DNA from: Gemmatimonadota bacterium
Lineage (GTDB): Bacteria; Gemmatimonadota; Gemmatimonadetes; Palauibacterales; KS3-K002
Direction of reading: 5' to 3'
Length of the DNA: 64,000 nt
Assembly: GCA_039586795.1 (NCBI GenBank)
Contig: JBDHJS010000001.1
Location: forward strand, 32,001-96,000
Shown here: positions 49,792-58,892 of the stretch, one piece after another
Position numbering within the stretch: the first letter of the stretch is position 1
Layout of the letters: each line of letters starts with the position of its first letter
Translations under genes and position numbers: made by a program
The notes under the pieces: generated by a model
Told to the model about the DNA's origin: nothing
Seen by the model: the letters and a program-made list of their open reading frames with translations, nothing else
Databases searched by the model: none

Positions 49792-50916
49792 GTGAGGCGC
49801 AGAGCGGTCTGGGCGGGCGTCGGTACTGCTGCGTTGGTGCTGGTTTATTTCCTGGCGTGGCCGGTGCCGATCGATCCGGTGGAGTGGGAGGCGCCGGTGA
49901 ACCCGGGGTATACAGGCGCGTTTGAGGTTAACGAGAGGTTGGCGCAGGTCGAGACGTTCTCGATTGGGGATAATGTTGGGCCGGAGGCGGTGGCGGTCGA
50001 TGGTGAAGGACGTGTTTACGTCTCGACGAAAGACGGGTGGATCGTGCGGTTGCAGTCGGATGGGTCAGCGGCGGAGAACTGGGCGAATACCGACGGCCGA
50101 CCGCTGGGGATGGAGTTTGACGCCGCCGGCAACCTGATCGTCGCCGACGCCCATCACGGTTTGCTTTCGGTCGCGCCAGACGGAAGCGTCAGCTTGCTGG
50201 TGATGGAGGCCGACGGGATACCGATCCGTTTCGCCAACGATCTGGACGTCGCGCCCGACGGCCGGATCTACTTCACGGACTCGTCCACCAAGTTTGCGCC
50301 CATCGATTGGGAAGGAACCACAGCGGCGGCGTTACTCGAGCTGATGGAACATGGCGGCAATGGACGCCTGCTGGTCTACGACCCCGAGATCGGGAGCGCC
50401 ACGGCGGTGATCGACGGCCTCAGTTACGCCAATGGAGTCGCGGTCGCTCACGATGGATCGTTCGTGCTGGTGAACGACATGGGGAGTTACAGAGTGCTTC
50501 GCGTCTGGCTCAGAGGACCCTACACGGGATCCAGCGAACCACTCATCGAGGAGCTGCCCGGTTTCCCGGACAACCTGTCCCGTGGCCTGGACGGCCGGTA
50601 CTGGGTGGCGTTCATCTCGCCGCGCAATTCGCTTGTCGACGCGCTCTCTGACAATCCATTCCTTCGCAAAGTGGTGCAGCGACTCCCCGCGTTCCTTCGA
50701 CCCGCCGCGACCCACTACGGTCATATCATCGCCGTGGATCATAGCGGTCGAGTGATAGAAGACCTGCAAGACCCGAGGGGAGCGCTACCGATGATCAGCG
50801 GCGTGCGCGAGACCGAAGACTTCCTTTGGTTGGGGAATGTGGAGTCACCGGTGGTGGGACGGATCAATAAGACGCAGGTTCAATGCTGCAAAGCAGCTCT
50901 CACGGACCACGAGTAG
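49792..50916 (+). CDS. Strictosidine synthase/SMP-30 family beta-propeller
   Basis: GPE, GRPLG, FAND.D, IYFTDSS, ANGV, LPGFPDN. Confidence 0.9.
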   Translation: MRRRAVWAGVGTAALVLVYFLAWPVPIDPVEWEAPVNPGYTGAFEVNERLAQVETFSIGDNVGPEAVAVDGEGRVYVSTKDGWIVRLQSDGSAAENWANTDGRPLGMEFDAAGNLIVADAHHGLLSVAPDGSVSLLVMEADGIPIRFANDLDVAPDGRIYFTDSSTKFAPIDWEGTTAAALLELMEHGGNGRLLVYDPEIGSATAVIDGLSYANGVAVAHDGSFVLVNDMGSYRVLRVWLRGPYTGSSEPLIEELPGFPDNLSRGLDGRYWVAFISPRNSLVDALSDNPFLRKVVQRLPAFLRPAATHYGHIIAVDHSGRVIEDLQDPRGALPMISGVRETEDFLWLGNVESPVVGRINKTQVQCCKAALTDHE

Positions 50917-50948
50917 CCTACGAAAACAAACCGCTAGGAGAACGACCG

Positions 50949-52043
50949 ATGCCCGGAATCACACGACGCTCCTTTTTCAGGAATAGCATCCTAGCTGGCG
51001 CCGGCGCCGCCGTCTGGCAGAGACTCACCCCATCCGCCCAGGCGAGCGCGCCCGCCCCGACGTTTGGCCGAAAGTCAGCCACCACGCCGATGGTCGTCAC
51101 AAGCCATCCGAACGACACCGGGCGCCGGGCGCTGGAGATCGCCTGGGAGATCCTTGCGGATGGTGGTACTGCGCTGGATGCGGTCGAGAAGGCGACGAAC
51201 CACATCGAGTTGGACCCGAACGACTGGAGCGTAGGGTATGGTGGCCTTCCCAACGAGCGCGGTGTGGTACAACTCGACGCTTCGATCATGGACGGCAAAA
51301 CATACAGCGCCGGATCGGTCGCATCTCTGGAGAACATCGTGCATCCATCATCGGTGGCGCGACTGGTTATGGAGCGCACCGACCACGTGATGTTGGTGGG
51401 CCCCGGCGCTCTCGAGTTCGCCACGTCCTGGGGCTTCGAGGAGCAAGAGCTGCTCACAGAACGGGCGCGGGAGCGTTGGCTGCAGTGGCGTGAAGAACAC
51501 AGCGAGCGGGACGACTACGGTCCGCCCGACCATGTCAAGACGGGCAGCGACGAGCGCGGAGCTTCCCTCCCCGGTAGCGATCCCGAGACGTATGGGACGG
51601 TTAACGTGCTGGCGGTCGACAACAACGGTGATGTCGCCGGGATCACGAGCACCAGCGGTTTGTCGTGGAAGATCCACGGCCGTATCGGCGATTCGCCAAT
51701 CATCGGCGCCGGTCTCTATGTGGACAACGATGTCGGCGCCGCCGGCGCCACCGGTCGCGGCGAAGACGTGATCAAGGCCTGCTCGTCGTACTACATCGTC
51801 ATGCGGATGCGTGAGGGTCGGTCACCGCAGGAGGCGTGCGAAGACGCGCTCCACTACATCGCCGACCGCTACCGGTCGGTGGGGCTGGACTACCTCCCGG
51901 GCGAGAAGTTCGTGGCAATGAACCGGGACGGCGAGGTAGGCTGCGCCCAGACGTTCGGGCGGAATGCCCCGAGGATGACGGTGGCAGGCGGATCCGGGAT
52001 CGAGGTTTATTCCGGGGAGACGGTCTTCAGCCGGGAAGACTGA
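50949..52043 (+). CDS. N4-(beta-N-acetylglucosaminyl)-L-asparaginase (Ntn hydrolase), Tat-exported
   Basis: TRRSFF, SVGYGG.P, LDASIMDG, GTV nucleophile, GRIGDSPIIGAG. Confidence 0.9.
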   Translation: MPGITRRSFFRNSILAGAGAAVWQRLTPSAQASAPAPTFGRKSATTPMVVTSHPNDTGRRALEIAWEILADGGTALDAVEKATNHIELDPNDWSVGYGGLPNERGVVQLDASIMDGKTYSAGSVASLENIVHPSSVARLVMERTDHVMLVGPGALEFATSWGFEEQELLTERARERWLQWREEHSERDDYGPPDHVKTGSDERGASLPGSDPETYGTVNVLAVDNNGDVAGITSTSGLSWKIHGRIGDSPIIGAGLYVDNDVGAAGATGRGEDVIKACSSYYIVMRMREGRSPQEACEDALHYIADRYRSVGLDYLPGEKFVAMNRDGEVGCAQTFGRNAPRMTVAGGSGIEVYSGETVFSRED

Positions 52044-52196
52044 TGATTCGGGGATTCGCTCAGCCAATCGCCGAAGCCGCGAATCTGGTGACCCCCGAAT
52101 CGCTCCAATCCCTCCGAGTAGACGTGGCGGGCCGTATATAGTTATATTTAGATATAGGCATTATAAATGACAGTAACCCATAGAGAGATAAACACT

Positions 52197-52415
52197 TTGC
52201 CTACATACGATTACGTTTGCCTTGAGTGTGGCCGGCAGTTCGACGTGAGGGCCTCGATTTCCGCCTACTCGGCCGGTCTTTCGCCCCACTGCCCGGACTG
52301 TGGATCGGACAACGCGGATCGGAGGTTCTCCTCAGTGAACGTGCTCACGGGGTCGCAGGAGTCGGCAGGCTCGCCGCCGAATTGCGGTCCATCGGGCTTC
52401 AGTTGAGTGAACTGA
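52197..52415 (+). CDS. FmdB family zinc-ribbon protein, probable C-terminal selenocysteine (CGPSGFS-U-VN)
   Basis: MPTYDYVCLECG...CPDCGS; TGA 52404-06 followed by SECIS-like hairpin; TTG start at 52197; ends at 52406 if not recoded. Confidence 0.75.
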
Positions 52416-52434
52416 AGCCGCCCAGGTTGGGCGG
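52407..52434 (+). promoter_or_regulatory. Candidate bacterial SECIS element
   Basis: CCGCCCA-GGT-TGGGCGG perfect 7 bp stem, loop 18 nt after TGA. Confidence 0.6.
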
Positions 52435-52685
52435 AGATCGAGCATGTCACGGGTCAGCCCTGTGGCTGGCCCGTCGTGCATCTGCGATGCGGCGCCGGGG
52501 TAGTTGGATCTCAGCCTCGTGTGAGGTATCCTATTAGCATCATCAGTCGCGCTGACCGAGCTGTTCCGTAGCCCATCACCGAGGTGGGCGGCTTGGGAAA
52601 GAGCAGCCGCCGCTCCAGACTCCGAACTCAAAGGCGAGCAGACCAAGGTGCGGGCAAGCGCACGAGTGGCCGTCGGAGGTTCAGA

Positions 52686-53057
52686 ATGCCGATAGAGACG
52701 CGGATCGACTCAGCCGCGGGCTTGAGGACGCACATAGTCAGCGGAGAGATGGACTTTGACGCTCTCTCTTCCACGCTCGAGGGCGTCTATTCGGACCCGG
52801 ACTTTCTTCCCGACCTCAACGTGTTGTGGGATCTTCGAGACGCGATCCTGACGGTGTTTTCTTCCGGGGACGTCAGCCGAGTTGTTGACGTGGTGAAGGG
52901 GAACTGGACGGGGGCCCGGGCGGCGCTTGTGGTTGGGCGCGACGCCGACTTTGGAATGGCACGAATGTACGAGCTGCAGCACGATACATCGTCATCGGGC
53001 GAAGTGCGTGTGTTCCGAGATTTCGAAGAGGCGACGGCATGGGTAATGGAGAAGTAG
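52686..53057 (+). CDS. Hypothetical STAS/SpoIIAA-like protein
   Basis: GGAGG RBS; LWDLR, A.VV..FGMARMY, VRVFRDFEEA.AW. Confidence 0.7.
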   Translation: MPIETRIDSAAGLRTHIVSGEMDFDALSSTLEGVYSDPDFLPDLNVLWDLRDAILTVFSSGDVSRVVDVVKGNWTGARAALVVGRDADFGMARMYELQHDTSSSGEVRVFRDFEEATAWVMEK

Positions 53058-53183
53058 CTCGGATGCGCAGTTTCCGTCTTCTTGCACTCGTTCCAGTATC
53101 GCTATTCCTGTTCGGCGTGCCAGCGATCTTCTCCAAACAACAGCTCAACCGCTCACGCACCACTCAGATGCAAGGATCGACGA

Positions 53184-53243
53184 TTGGCGTACGATGAGAA
53201 GCTAGCTCAACGGATCCGGGACGTTCTCGGTGACCGGAGGCCT
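53184..53243 (+). pseudogene. N-terminal remnant of a TfoX/Sxy-family gene
   Basis: AAGGA RBS + TTG, MAYDEKLAQRIRDVL, then similarity stops before the expected EKKMFGG motif. Confidence 0.5.
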
Positions 53244-53364
53244 GATCTACAGAGTACGGCCAGTCAAACGTCGAGCGAGCGACGAACGTCACCCACGAGA
53301 TGGCAAACGCGAGGCCGAGGTAAAGCCAAACCTGTTTGGAGATACGGTCTTCCTCTTTGATCAT
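53240..53364 (-). pseudogene. N-terminal remnant of a membrane protein (CPBP/Abi-protease-like start)
   Basis: MIKEEDRISKQVWLYLGLAFAISW, then loses coding character. Confidence 0.4.
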
Positions 53365-53533
53365 CGCTCGTACGTGAAAACGGACGACTGGCGTTCCCGC
53401 CGCTCGAATCTCCCTGCTGCTTGACGCTAAGCTCAAGCTCGGCTTACGATTATGGGTTAATATGACCTGCCGGCGCCATCCATAGGACGCCGATCGGTTG
53501 ACTCGAAAGCCCCAGGATACGAGCGGAAGCACT

Positions 53534-53920
53534 GTGCCGTTCAGTTACGAGATTGACAGGGGCCGCGACTTCGTCTCGATAGTCGCAAGCGGCAAGATCA
53601 CGACCGAAGAAGCGTTGGCGACTTTCGACGCGATCGTCGGTGAACCCGGCTTTCATCCCGGAATGAAGATCCTGAGCGATCACCGGGACCTGGAGACGGT
53701 AGTACCGATAGCGTTCATAAAGGCGTGGATCAGCCGTATCGAGGAGGCCGGCAAGCTGTTTCGGGGGACGCGGGCGGCGCTGGTCGAGTCGGGGACCGTG
53801 AGATACGGAATGGCGCGCATGGCATCGATTCTCACAGAGCCGACGGCGATCGAGATGCGCGTGTTTCGCGACGTCGAGGAAGCCCGGAACTGGCTCGAGT
53901 CACCGGCGGTCTTGTTATAA
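53534..53920 (+). CDS. Hypothetical STAS/SpoIIAA-like protein, paralog of 52686-53057
   Basis: LSDHR, AALV..YGMARM, MRVFRDVEEARNWL. Confidence 0.7.
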   Translation: MPFSYEIDRGRDFVSIVASGKITTEEALATFDAIVGEPGFHPGMKILSDHRDLETVVPIAFIKAWISRIEEAGKLFRGTRAALVESGTVRYGMARMASILTEPTAIEMRVFRDVEEARNWLESPAVLL

Positions 53921-53931
53921 GAGGCATCGAT

Positions 53932-54426
53932 TTGATCGAGGCTATAGAACTTACGGTAAACGGAGATACCCGCGAGCTTGGCGTCCCGAGTCATTACACG
54001 CTCCTCGAGACGCTGCGCTATGTGCTGGGGTACACCGGATCCAAACAAGGCTGTGACAAGGGCGACTGCGGAGCCTGCACGGTACTGCTGGACGGAGTAC
54101 CCACCCTCTCCTGCATACTCCCAGTCCAGGAAGCGATCGGAAGAGAGATCACAACGATCGAGGGACTAGCAGAAGCCGACGGGCTTCACCCGCTTCAGGA
54201 TTTCTTTGATGTCACAGGCGGTGCGCAGTGCGGGTTCTGTACGTCTGGAATCATCATGTCGGCGGCGGCCTTGTTGTCGGAGAACGACGATCCAACGCGA
54301 GATGAGATTCGGGCGGCGCTGTCCGGGAATCTGTGTCGCTGCACGGGTTACACGAAGATCTTCGAGGCCATCGAGCTAGCCGCGCGCTCGCTACGTGAGA
54401 GCGCGGCGGAGAGTGTGGAATCGTGA
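53932..54426 (+). CDS. hcrC: Molybdoenzyme 2x[2Fe-2S] subunit (HcrC/CoxS-like)
   Basis: GCDKGDCGACTV, QCGFCTSG, NLCRCTGY; TTG start at 53932. Confidence 0.8.
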   Translation: MIEAIELTVNGDTRELGVPSHYTLLETLRYVLGYTGSKQGCDKGDCGACTVLLDGVPTLSCILPVQEAIGREITTIEGLAEADGLHPLQDFFDVTGGAQCGFCTSGIIMSAAALLSENDDPTRDEIRAALSGNLCRCTGYTKIFEAIELAARSLRESAAESVES

Positions 54427-56855
54427 AGCTTGAGGACTTCCGTGAGAGGCAAGCGGCGGCCGCGCTGAGCGAGGAAGAAATCCGCGCAGCCGTCGAGCGC
54501 GAGTTCCAGGTGATCGGGCGTCGACTGCGCCGAACCGATGGCATCGCCAAGTCCACGGGACGAGCAGTCTACACTGACGACATCACACTCCCTGGGATGC
54601 TGCACGGCAAGATCCTGCGCAGCCCTCACGCACACGCCCGTATCATGTCCATCGACGTATCGAGAGCCCTGCAGCTCGAGGGCGTGCACGCGGTGATCAC
54701 CGGCAGCGACATGCCAGAACTTTACGGGATCATTCCGTGGTCACGGGACGAATACGCGCTGTGCGTAGACGTGGTGCGTTACATCGGCGACGGGGTGGCG
54801 GCGGTAGCGGCCATCGACGAAGAGACGGCGAACGCGGCGCTCGACCTAATCGAAGTGGAGTACGAGGTCCTTCCCCACTTTCTGGATCCGAAAGAAGCGC
54901 TAACGAACGCGGATACGCCGATCCACGAGCCGAAGAAGCCGGGCGAGAACGGGAACATCTCGAAGCGTGTGCAGCTGGAGTTCGGCAGCGTCGATGCGAA
55001 GATGGCGGCGTCGGATGTAGTGGTCAAAGACGATTACTTCTTCGAAGGAACGACGCACACGGCGATCGAACCGCACTGCGCCATCGGCTATTGCGACGCA
55101 GGCGGCAAACTGACGGTTTGGTCGGCCACTCAGGTACCGCACTACCTGCACCGCGAGCTGGCGCGAGTGCTCGATCTGGATGTCGCCAAGGTCAGGGTCG
55201 TGCAGCCACCCATCGGTGGGGCGTTCGGCGGCAAATCGGAGCCGTTCGACCTGGAGTTCTGCGTAGCGAAGCTGGCGATGATCACCGGCCGCCCGGTGAA
55301 GATCCTTTATACTCGCGAGGAGGTATTCTACGCTCACCGCGGTCGGCACCCGATGTTCATGCGTTACGAGACCGGGGCCGACGCCAACGGACGAATCAAG
55401 GCCGTGCACGCGCGGACGATTCTGGACGGTGGCGCCTACTCCTCGTTCGGCCTGGTCACGACGTACTACTCGGGACAGTTGATCACGGCGCCGTACGCGA
55501 TGGAGTCGTACCGATTCGACTCGATCCGAGTTTACACGAACAAGCCGTGCTGCGGGCCGAAGCGAGGGCACGGGTCGGTGCAGCCGCGGTTCGCGATCGA
55601 GGTCCAGCTGGACAAGATCGCCGAACAGCTCGAGATGGATCCGATCGAACTTCGTCGTCGCAACATCATCGGCTCGGGCTCGCGGACCGTGAACGAGTTT
55701 CGCATCACGTCCAACGGCTTCGCGGAGTGTCTGGCCGAAGTCGAGAAAGCATCGGACTGGAAGAACAAGCACCGACGTTTGCCTTACGGCCGCGGCGTAG
55801 GCGTCGCCGGCTCGTGCTACATCTCCGGAACCAACTATCCGATCTACCCCAACGAAATGCCGCAGTCTGCAGTCCAGCTGCAGGTCGACCGGTCGGGGAG
55901 GGTCGCTGTGTTCAGTGGCGCATCCGAGATCGGCCAGGGCTCCGACTCGATGCTCGCCTACATCGTGTCAGAGGAACTGGGTGTTCCCCTCGACTACGTT
56001 CGAATACTGTCGGCGGACACCGATCTGACGCCCGTGGATCTGGGCGCCTACTCGTCGCGGGTCACGTTCATGAACGGCAACGCTTGCATCGACGCGGCCC
56101 GCAAGATCAAGACGCAAGTACAGCAAGCGGTTGCCGATCAATGGCTCTGCAAGCCCAAGCATGTGATGCTGGTGGGCGGCTGGGCGTTCTACGGCCTGGA
56201 CACCGAGACAAAGATGCCGATCTCGGAGGCGTTCAACCTGGCCGAGGCGAAATACGGCGCCCTGGGCGCTACCGGGTCCTATAACACGCCGAAGGATATC
56301 CACGGCGAGTATCGGGGCGGGACGATCGGCTCGTCGCCGGCGTACTCCTTCACGGCCCACGTGGCCGAAGTGGAGGTCGATCCGGAGACCGGATTCGTCG
56401 AGGTGCAGAAGATCTGGATCGCCCACGATTGCGGCCGGGCGCTGAACCCGGTGCTGGTGGAAGGCCAGATGGAAGGCTCGGCCTACATGGGCTTTGCCGA
56501 GGCGATCATGGAGGCGCATGTCTTCAAGGAGACGGGTCTGCACAACGCGCCTTCGCTGCTCGACTACAAGATCCCGACCAGCCTGGACACACCCGAGATG
56601 CGCTCGCTCATCGTCGAGTCGATCGATCCAGAGGGCCCCTACGGGGCAAAGGAAGCAGGGGAAGGCCCGCTGCATCCGTCCATACCGGCTATCGCGAACG
56701 CGATCTACGATGCGGTGGGCGTGCGCATGGACCGCATGCCGTTCGCACCGCCAGCCGTCTGGAAGGCGATACGAGCACGCGCCGAACGGGAGCGCTCAGG
56801 TGGTTTGACGCCGTGGAAGAGAGACGACGCGTCTCTCGCAGCGGCGGGAGATTAG
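54423..56855 (+). CDS. hcrA: Xanthine-oxidase family Mo subunit, 4-hydroxybenzoyl-CoA reductase alpha-like
   Basis: TQVPHY.H..LA, GGAFGGK, RGHG, LP.GRG.G.A, IGQGS, LTP.D.G.YSSRVTFM.GNA, GAKEAGEG. Confidence 0.75.
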   Translation: MKLEDFRERQAAAALSEEEIRAAVEREFQVIGRRLRRTDGIAKSTGRAVYTDDITLPGMLHGKILRSPHAHARIMSIDVSRALQLEGVHAVITGSDMPELYGIIPWSRDEYALCVDVVRYIGDGVAAVAAIDEETANAALDLIEVEYEVLPHFLDPKEALTNADTPIHEPKKPGENGNISKRVQLEFGSVDAKMAASDVVVKDDYFFEGTTHTAIEPHCAIGYCDAGGKLTVWSATQVPHYLHRELARVLDLDVAKVRVVQPPIGGAFGGKSEPFDLEFCVAKLAMITGRPVKILYTREEVFYAHRGRHPMFMRYETGADANGRIKAVHARTILDGGAYSSFGLVTTYYSGQLITAPYAMESYRFDSIRVYTNKPCCGPKRGHGSVQPRFAIEVQLDKIAEQLEMDPIELRRRNIIGSGSRTVNEFRITSNGFAECLAEVEKASDWKNKHRRLPYGRGVGVAGSCYISGTNYPIYPNEMPQSAVQLQVDRSGRVAVFSGASEIGQGSDSMLAYIVSEELGVPLDYVRILSADTDLTPVDLGAYSSRVTFMNGNACIDAARKIKTQVQQAVADQWLCKPKHVMLVGGWAFYGLDTETKMPISEAFNLAEAKYGALGATGSYNTPKDIHGEYRGGTIGSSPAYSFTAHVAEVEVDPETGFVEVQKIWIAHDCGRALNPVLVEGQMEGSAYMGFAEAIMEAHVFKETGLHNAPSLLDYKIPTSLDTPEMRSLIVESIDPEGPYGAKEAGEGPLHPSIPAIANAIYDAVGVRMDRMPFAPPAVWKAIRARAERERSGGLTPWKRDDASLAAAGD

Positions 56856-56859
56856 CATC

Positions 56860-57864
56860 GTGCTCAGGCTCCACCCTTATCACTACCATCGCCCGGCCAC
56901 CCTGAAGGAGGCCCTGGGTCTGCTGAAGCAGCACACCGGCGATGTGATGGCGATCGCGGGTGGCACGGACCTGGTCCCCAACATGAAGCACAGGCTCTTC
57001 ACGCCCAGCCACCTTGTCGCGTTGAAAGACCTCGCGGAGCTTCAGGGGATCGAAGAGCGGGACGGTGAACTGGTCATTGGCGCCGCGGAGAGCCTGACCA
57101 GCGTGGCGACGCATCCGCTGGTGAAGAAGCACCTCCCCGCGCTGGCGGATGCCGCCGCCGCCATAGCCCATCCGATGATTCGCAATCAGGGCACGATCGG
57201 CGGCAACATCTGCCTGGACACGCGGTGCACGTACTACAACCAGACGCATTTCTGGCGAAAGGCGCTGGGATACTGCCTGAAGAAGGACGGCGACGTCTGC
57301 CACGTGGTGAAGGGTGGCACCAAGTGCGTCGCCGCGCACTCGGCGGACACACCGCCGATCCTCATGGCGTTGGGCGCATCGATCGACATCGCCTCGGCGG
57401 ATCGGGAGCGGAAGTTGCCGCTGGAAAGTTTCTTTGTCGCTGATGGTATTTGGAACAAAATGATGGCGCAGTACGAGCTAGTGACTCGCGTTCGCGTACC
57501 TCTCCCGCCGCCAGGGCAGCGTGCGGTCTATGTGAAGGTTCGGGAGCGCAATGCAGTGGACTTCCCGCTACTCAGCATCGGGTTGGCGGTCGAACTGGAC
57601 GAGACCGACTCGTTGGCGCAGAGAATCTCGCTGGTAGTCGCCGCGCTTGGCGCCAAGCCTCGGGTCATCGGCGGCCTCGACAAGATCACGGACGGAAAGA
57701 AGCTCACGTCTGATGTGATCGAGGAGATCGCACAACAGGCGTTCCGTCAGTGCAATCCCCTCGAGAATATCATCGTCGAGCTGGAGTGGCGGCGCGCTAT
57801 GGTTCCGGTCTATGTGCGCCGCGCTTTCAAGCAGCTGCTCGCTCAGCCGCGGGCCGTCGCGTAG
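56860..57864 (+). CDS. hcrB: FAD subunit with [4Fe-4S] insert, 4-hydroxybenzoyl-CoA reductase beta-like
   Basis: AGGTDL.PN; CLDTRC.YYNQ..FWR....YCLK..GD.CHV.....KC insert. Confidence 0.8.
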   Translation: MLRLHPYHYHRPATLKEALGLLKQHTGDVMAIAGGTDLVPNMKHRLFTPSHLVALKDLAELQGIEERDGELVIGAAESLTSVATHPLVKKHLPALADAAAAIAHPMIRNQGTIGGNICLDTRCTYYNQTHFWRKALGYCLKKDGDVCHVVKGGTKCVAAHSADTPPILMALGASIDIASADRERKLPLESFFVADGIWNKMMAQYELVTRVRVPLPPPGQRAVYVKVRERNAVDFPLLSIGLAVELDETDSLAQRISLVVAALGAKPRVIGGLDKITDGKKLTSDVIEEIAQQAFRQCNPLENIIVELEWRRAMVPVYVRRAFKQLLAQPRAVA

Positions 57865-58854
57865 CTAGCCCCCGACGACGGACTCCGCGAAGATCTCGAC
57901 CGGCTCGACTATCGCATCCATCGGACTGAACTTCCATACTAGCACTTCGTCATCGCGTTCGTGCGCGTTCGACGTGATGATCCGACCCGGCATCCTCAGC
58001 CGGAAATGGATCTCCGTGCTGCCCGCAACGTTCAGACCGTCCAGCTTGTCATCGATGAAGTCGCCAAGCCTGTCCGCCTCGTCATCGTAGATCTCGGCGA
58101 GCATGGCCCTGAGGAATTCTTCATCAGCGTCCGGGTAGCTGCGGCGCACGATGCGGGTCGCCTGCCTGGCTGTCCGGTCGACAACCTGCTCGAGCATCCG
58201 ATCCTCCTCCTCGCCGCTGAGCTCGAATAGGCCCTGGTCGATAGCGGCCCACGCCTGCCCTCTAGCAGTACCTATGATCTCAGCGACGGCCTCATCCGAG
58301 AGATCCGGGTATTCCGTCACGACTCGCGCTTCGACGAGGCTCATCATGTATTCGACGAGAGCATCGAGGGCGTTCTCCCATTCGAAGCTCTCTCGATAGG
58401 TGAATGACGTCGCGTCGCCGACACGGCCTGTCTCGACCTTTACCGTGTTCCAGAAGTGAACTTCGCCCAGCCTGACGTACCCGACTTTCGTGTCTACGTT
58501 GGCCCTGGTGGCGCCGGCAAAGTGCATGCTACGAGTGACATCTTCCCAGCCGGACAGGTTCCTGACACGAGTCTGGCGTGTGAACACCTCGGTGGTGTCC
58601 GTGCCGTCCACTTCGATCTCGTGGGCCCAACCGCGCTGGCCCGTGACGACACCCGTGACTTCTTGAAACTCGCCGATCGAGATTTCGAATCCCGGGCTGT
58701 CGGCATCTGAAACAACCATCTTCTCGCTGCGAACACCACTGCCATCGGCATTCAGGGTGGTCTCTACCGTGTACTCGATGCAGCCGCCCAAGCCGAAGGC
58801 CGCAAACGCCAACCCGGCAAGACCGACACGTTTTCCGCTCTTTATCCACTTCAT
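57865..58854 (-). CDS. Hypothetical lipoprotein
   Basis: Lipobox LGGC; LNADGSG; MPG.I..SNA..L.W; start ATG 58854. Confidence 0.7.
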   Translation of the reverse strand: MKWIKSGKRVGLAGLAFAAFGLGGCIEYTVETTLNADGSGVRSEKMVVSDADSPGFEISIGEFQEVTGVVTGQRGWAHEIEVDGTDTTEVFTRQTRVRNLSGWEDVTRSMHFAGATRANVDTKVGYVRLGEVHFWNTVKVETGRVGDATSFTYRESFEWENALDALVEYMMSLVEARVVTEYPDLSDEAVAEIIGTARGQAWAAIDQGLFELSGEEEDRMLEQVVDRTARQATRIVRRSYPDADEEFLRAMLAEIYDDEADRLGDFIDDKLDGLNVAGSTEIHFRLRMPGRIITSNAHERDDEVLVWKFSPMDAIVEPVEIFAESVVGG

Positions 58855-58892
58855 GGTCCTCACCTCTCTATGACCAGTACACTCTCGACGTC

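Noticed and set aside
54737..56284. Long alternative-frame or antisense ORFs (also 931-2214, 22667-24115, 27873-29018, 15478-16383)
   Set aside because: They overlap well-supported genes, are Arg/Ala/Gly-rich with no motifs, and are typical high-GC shadow ORFs.
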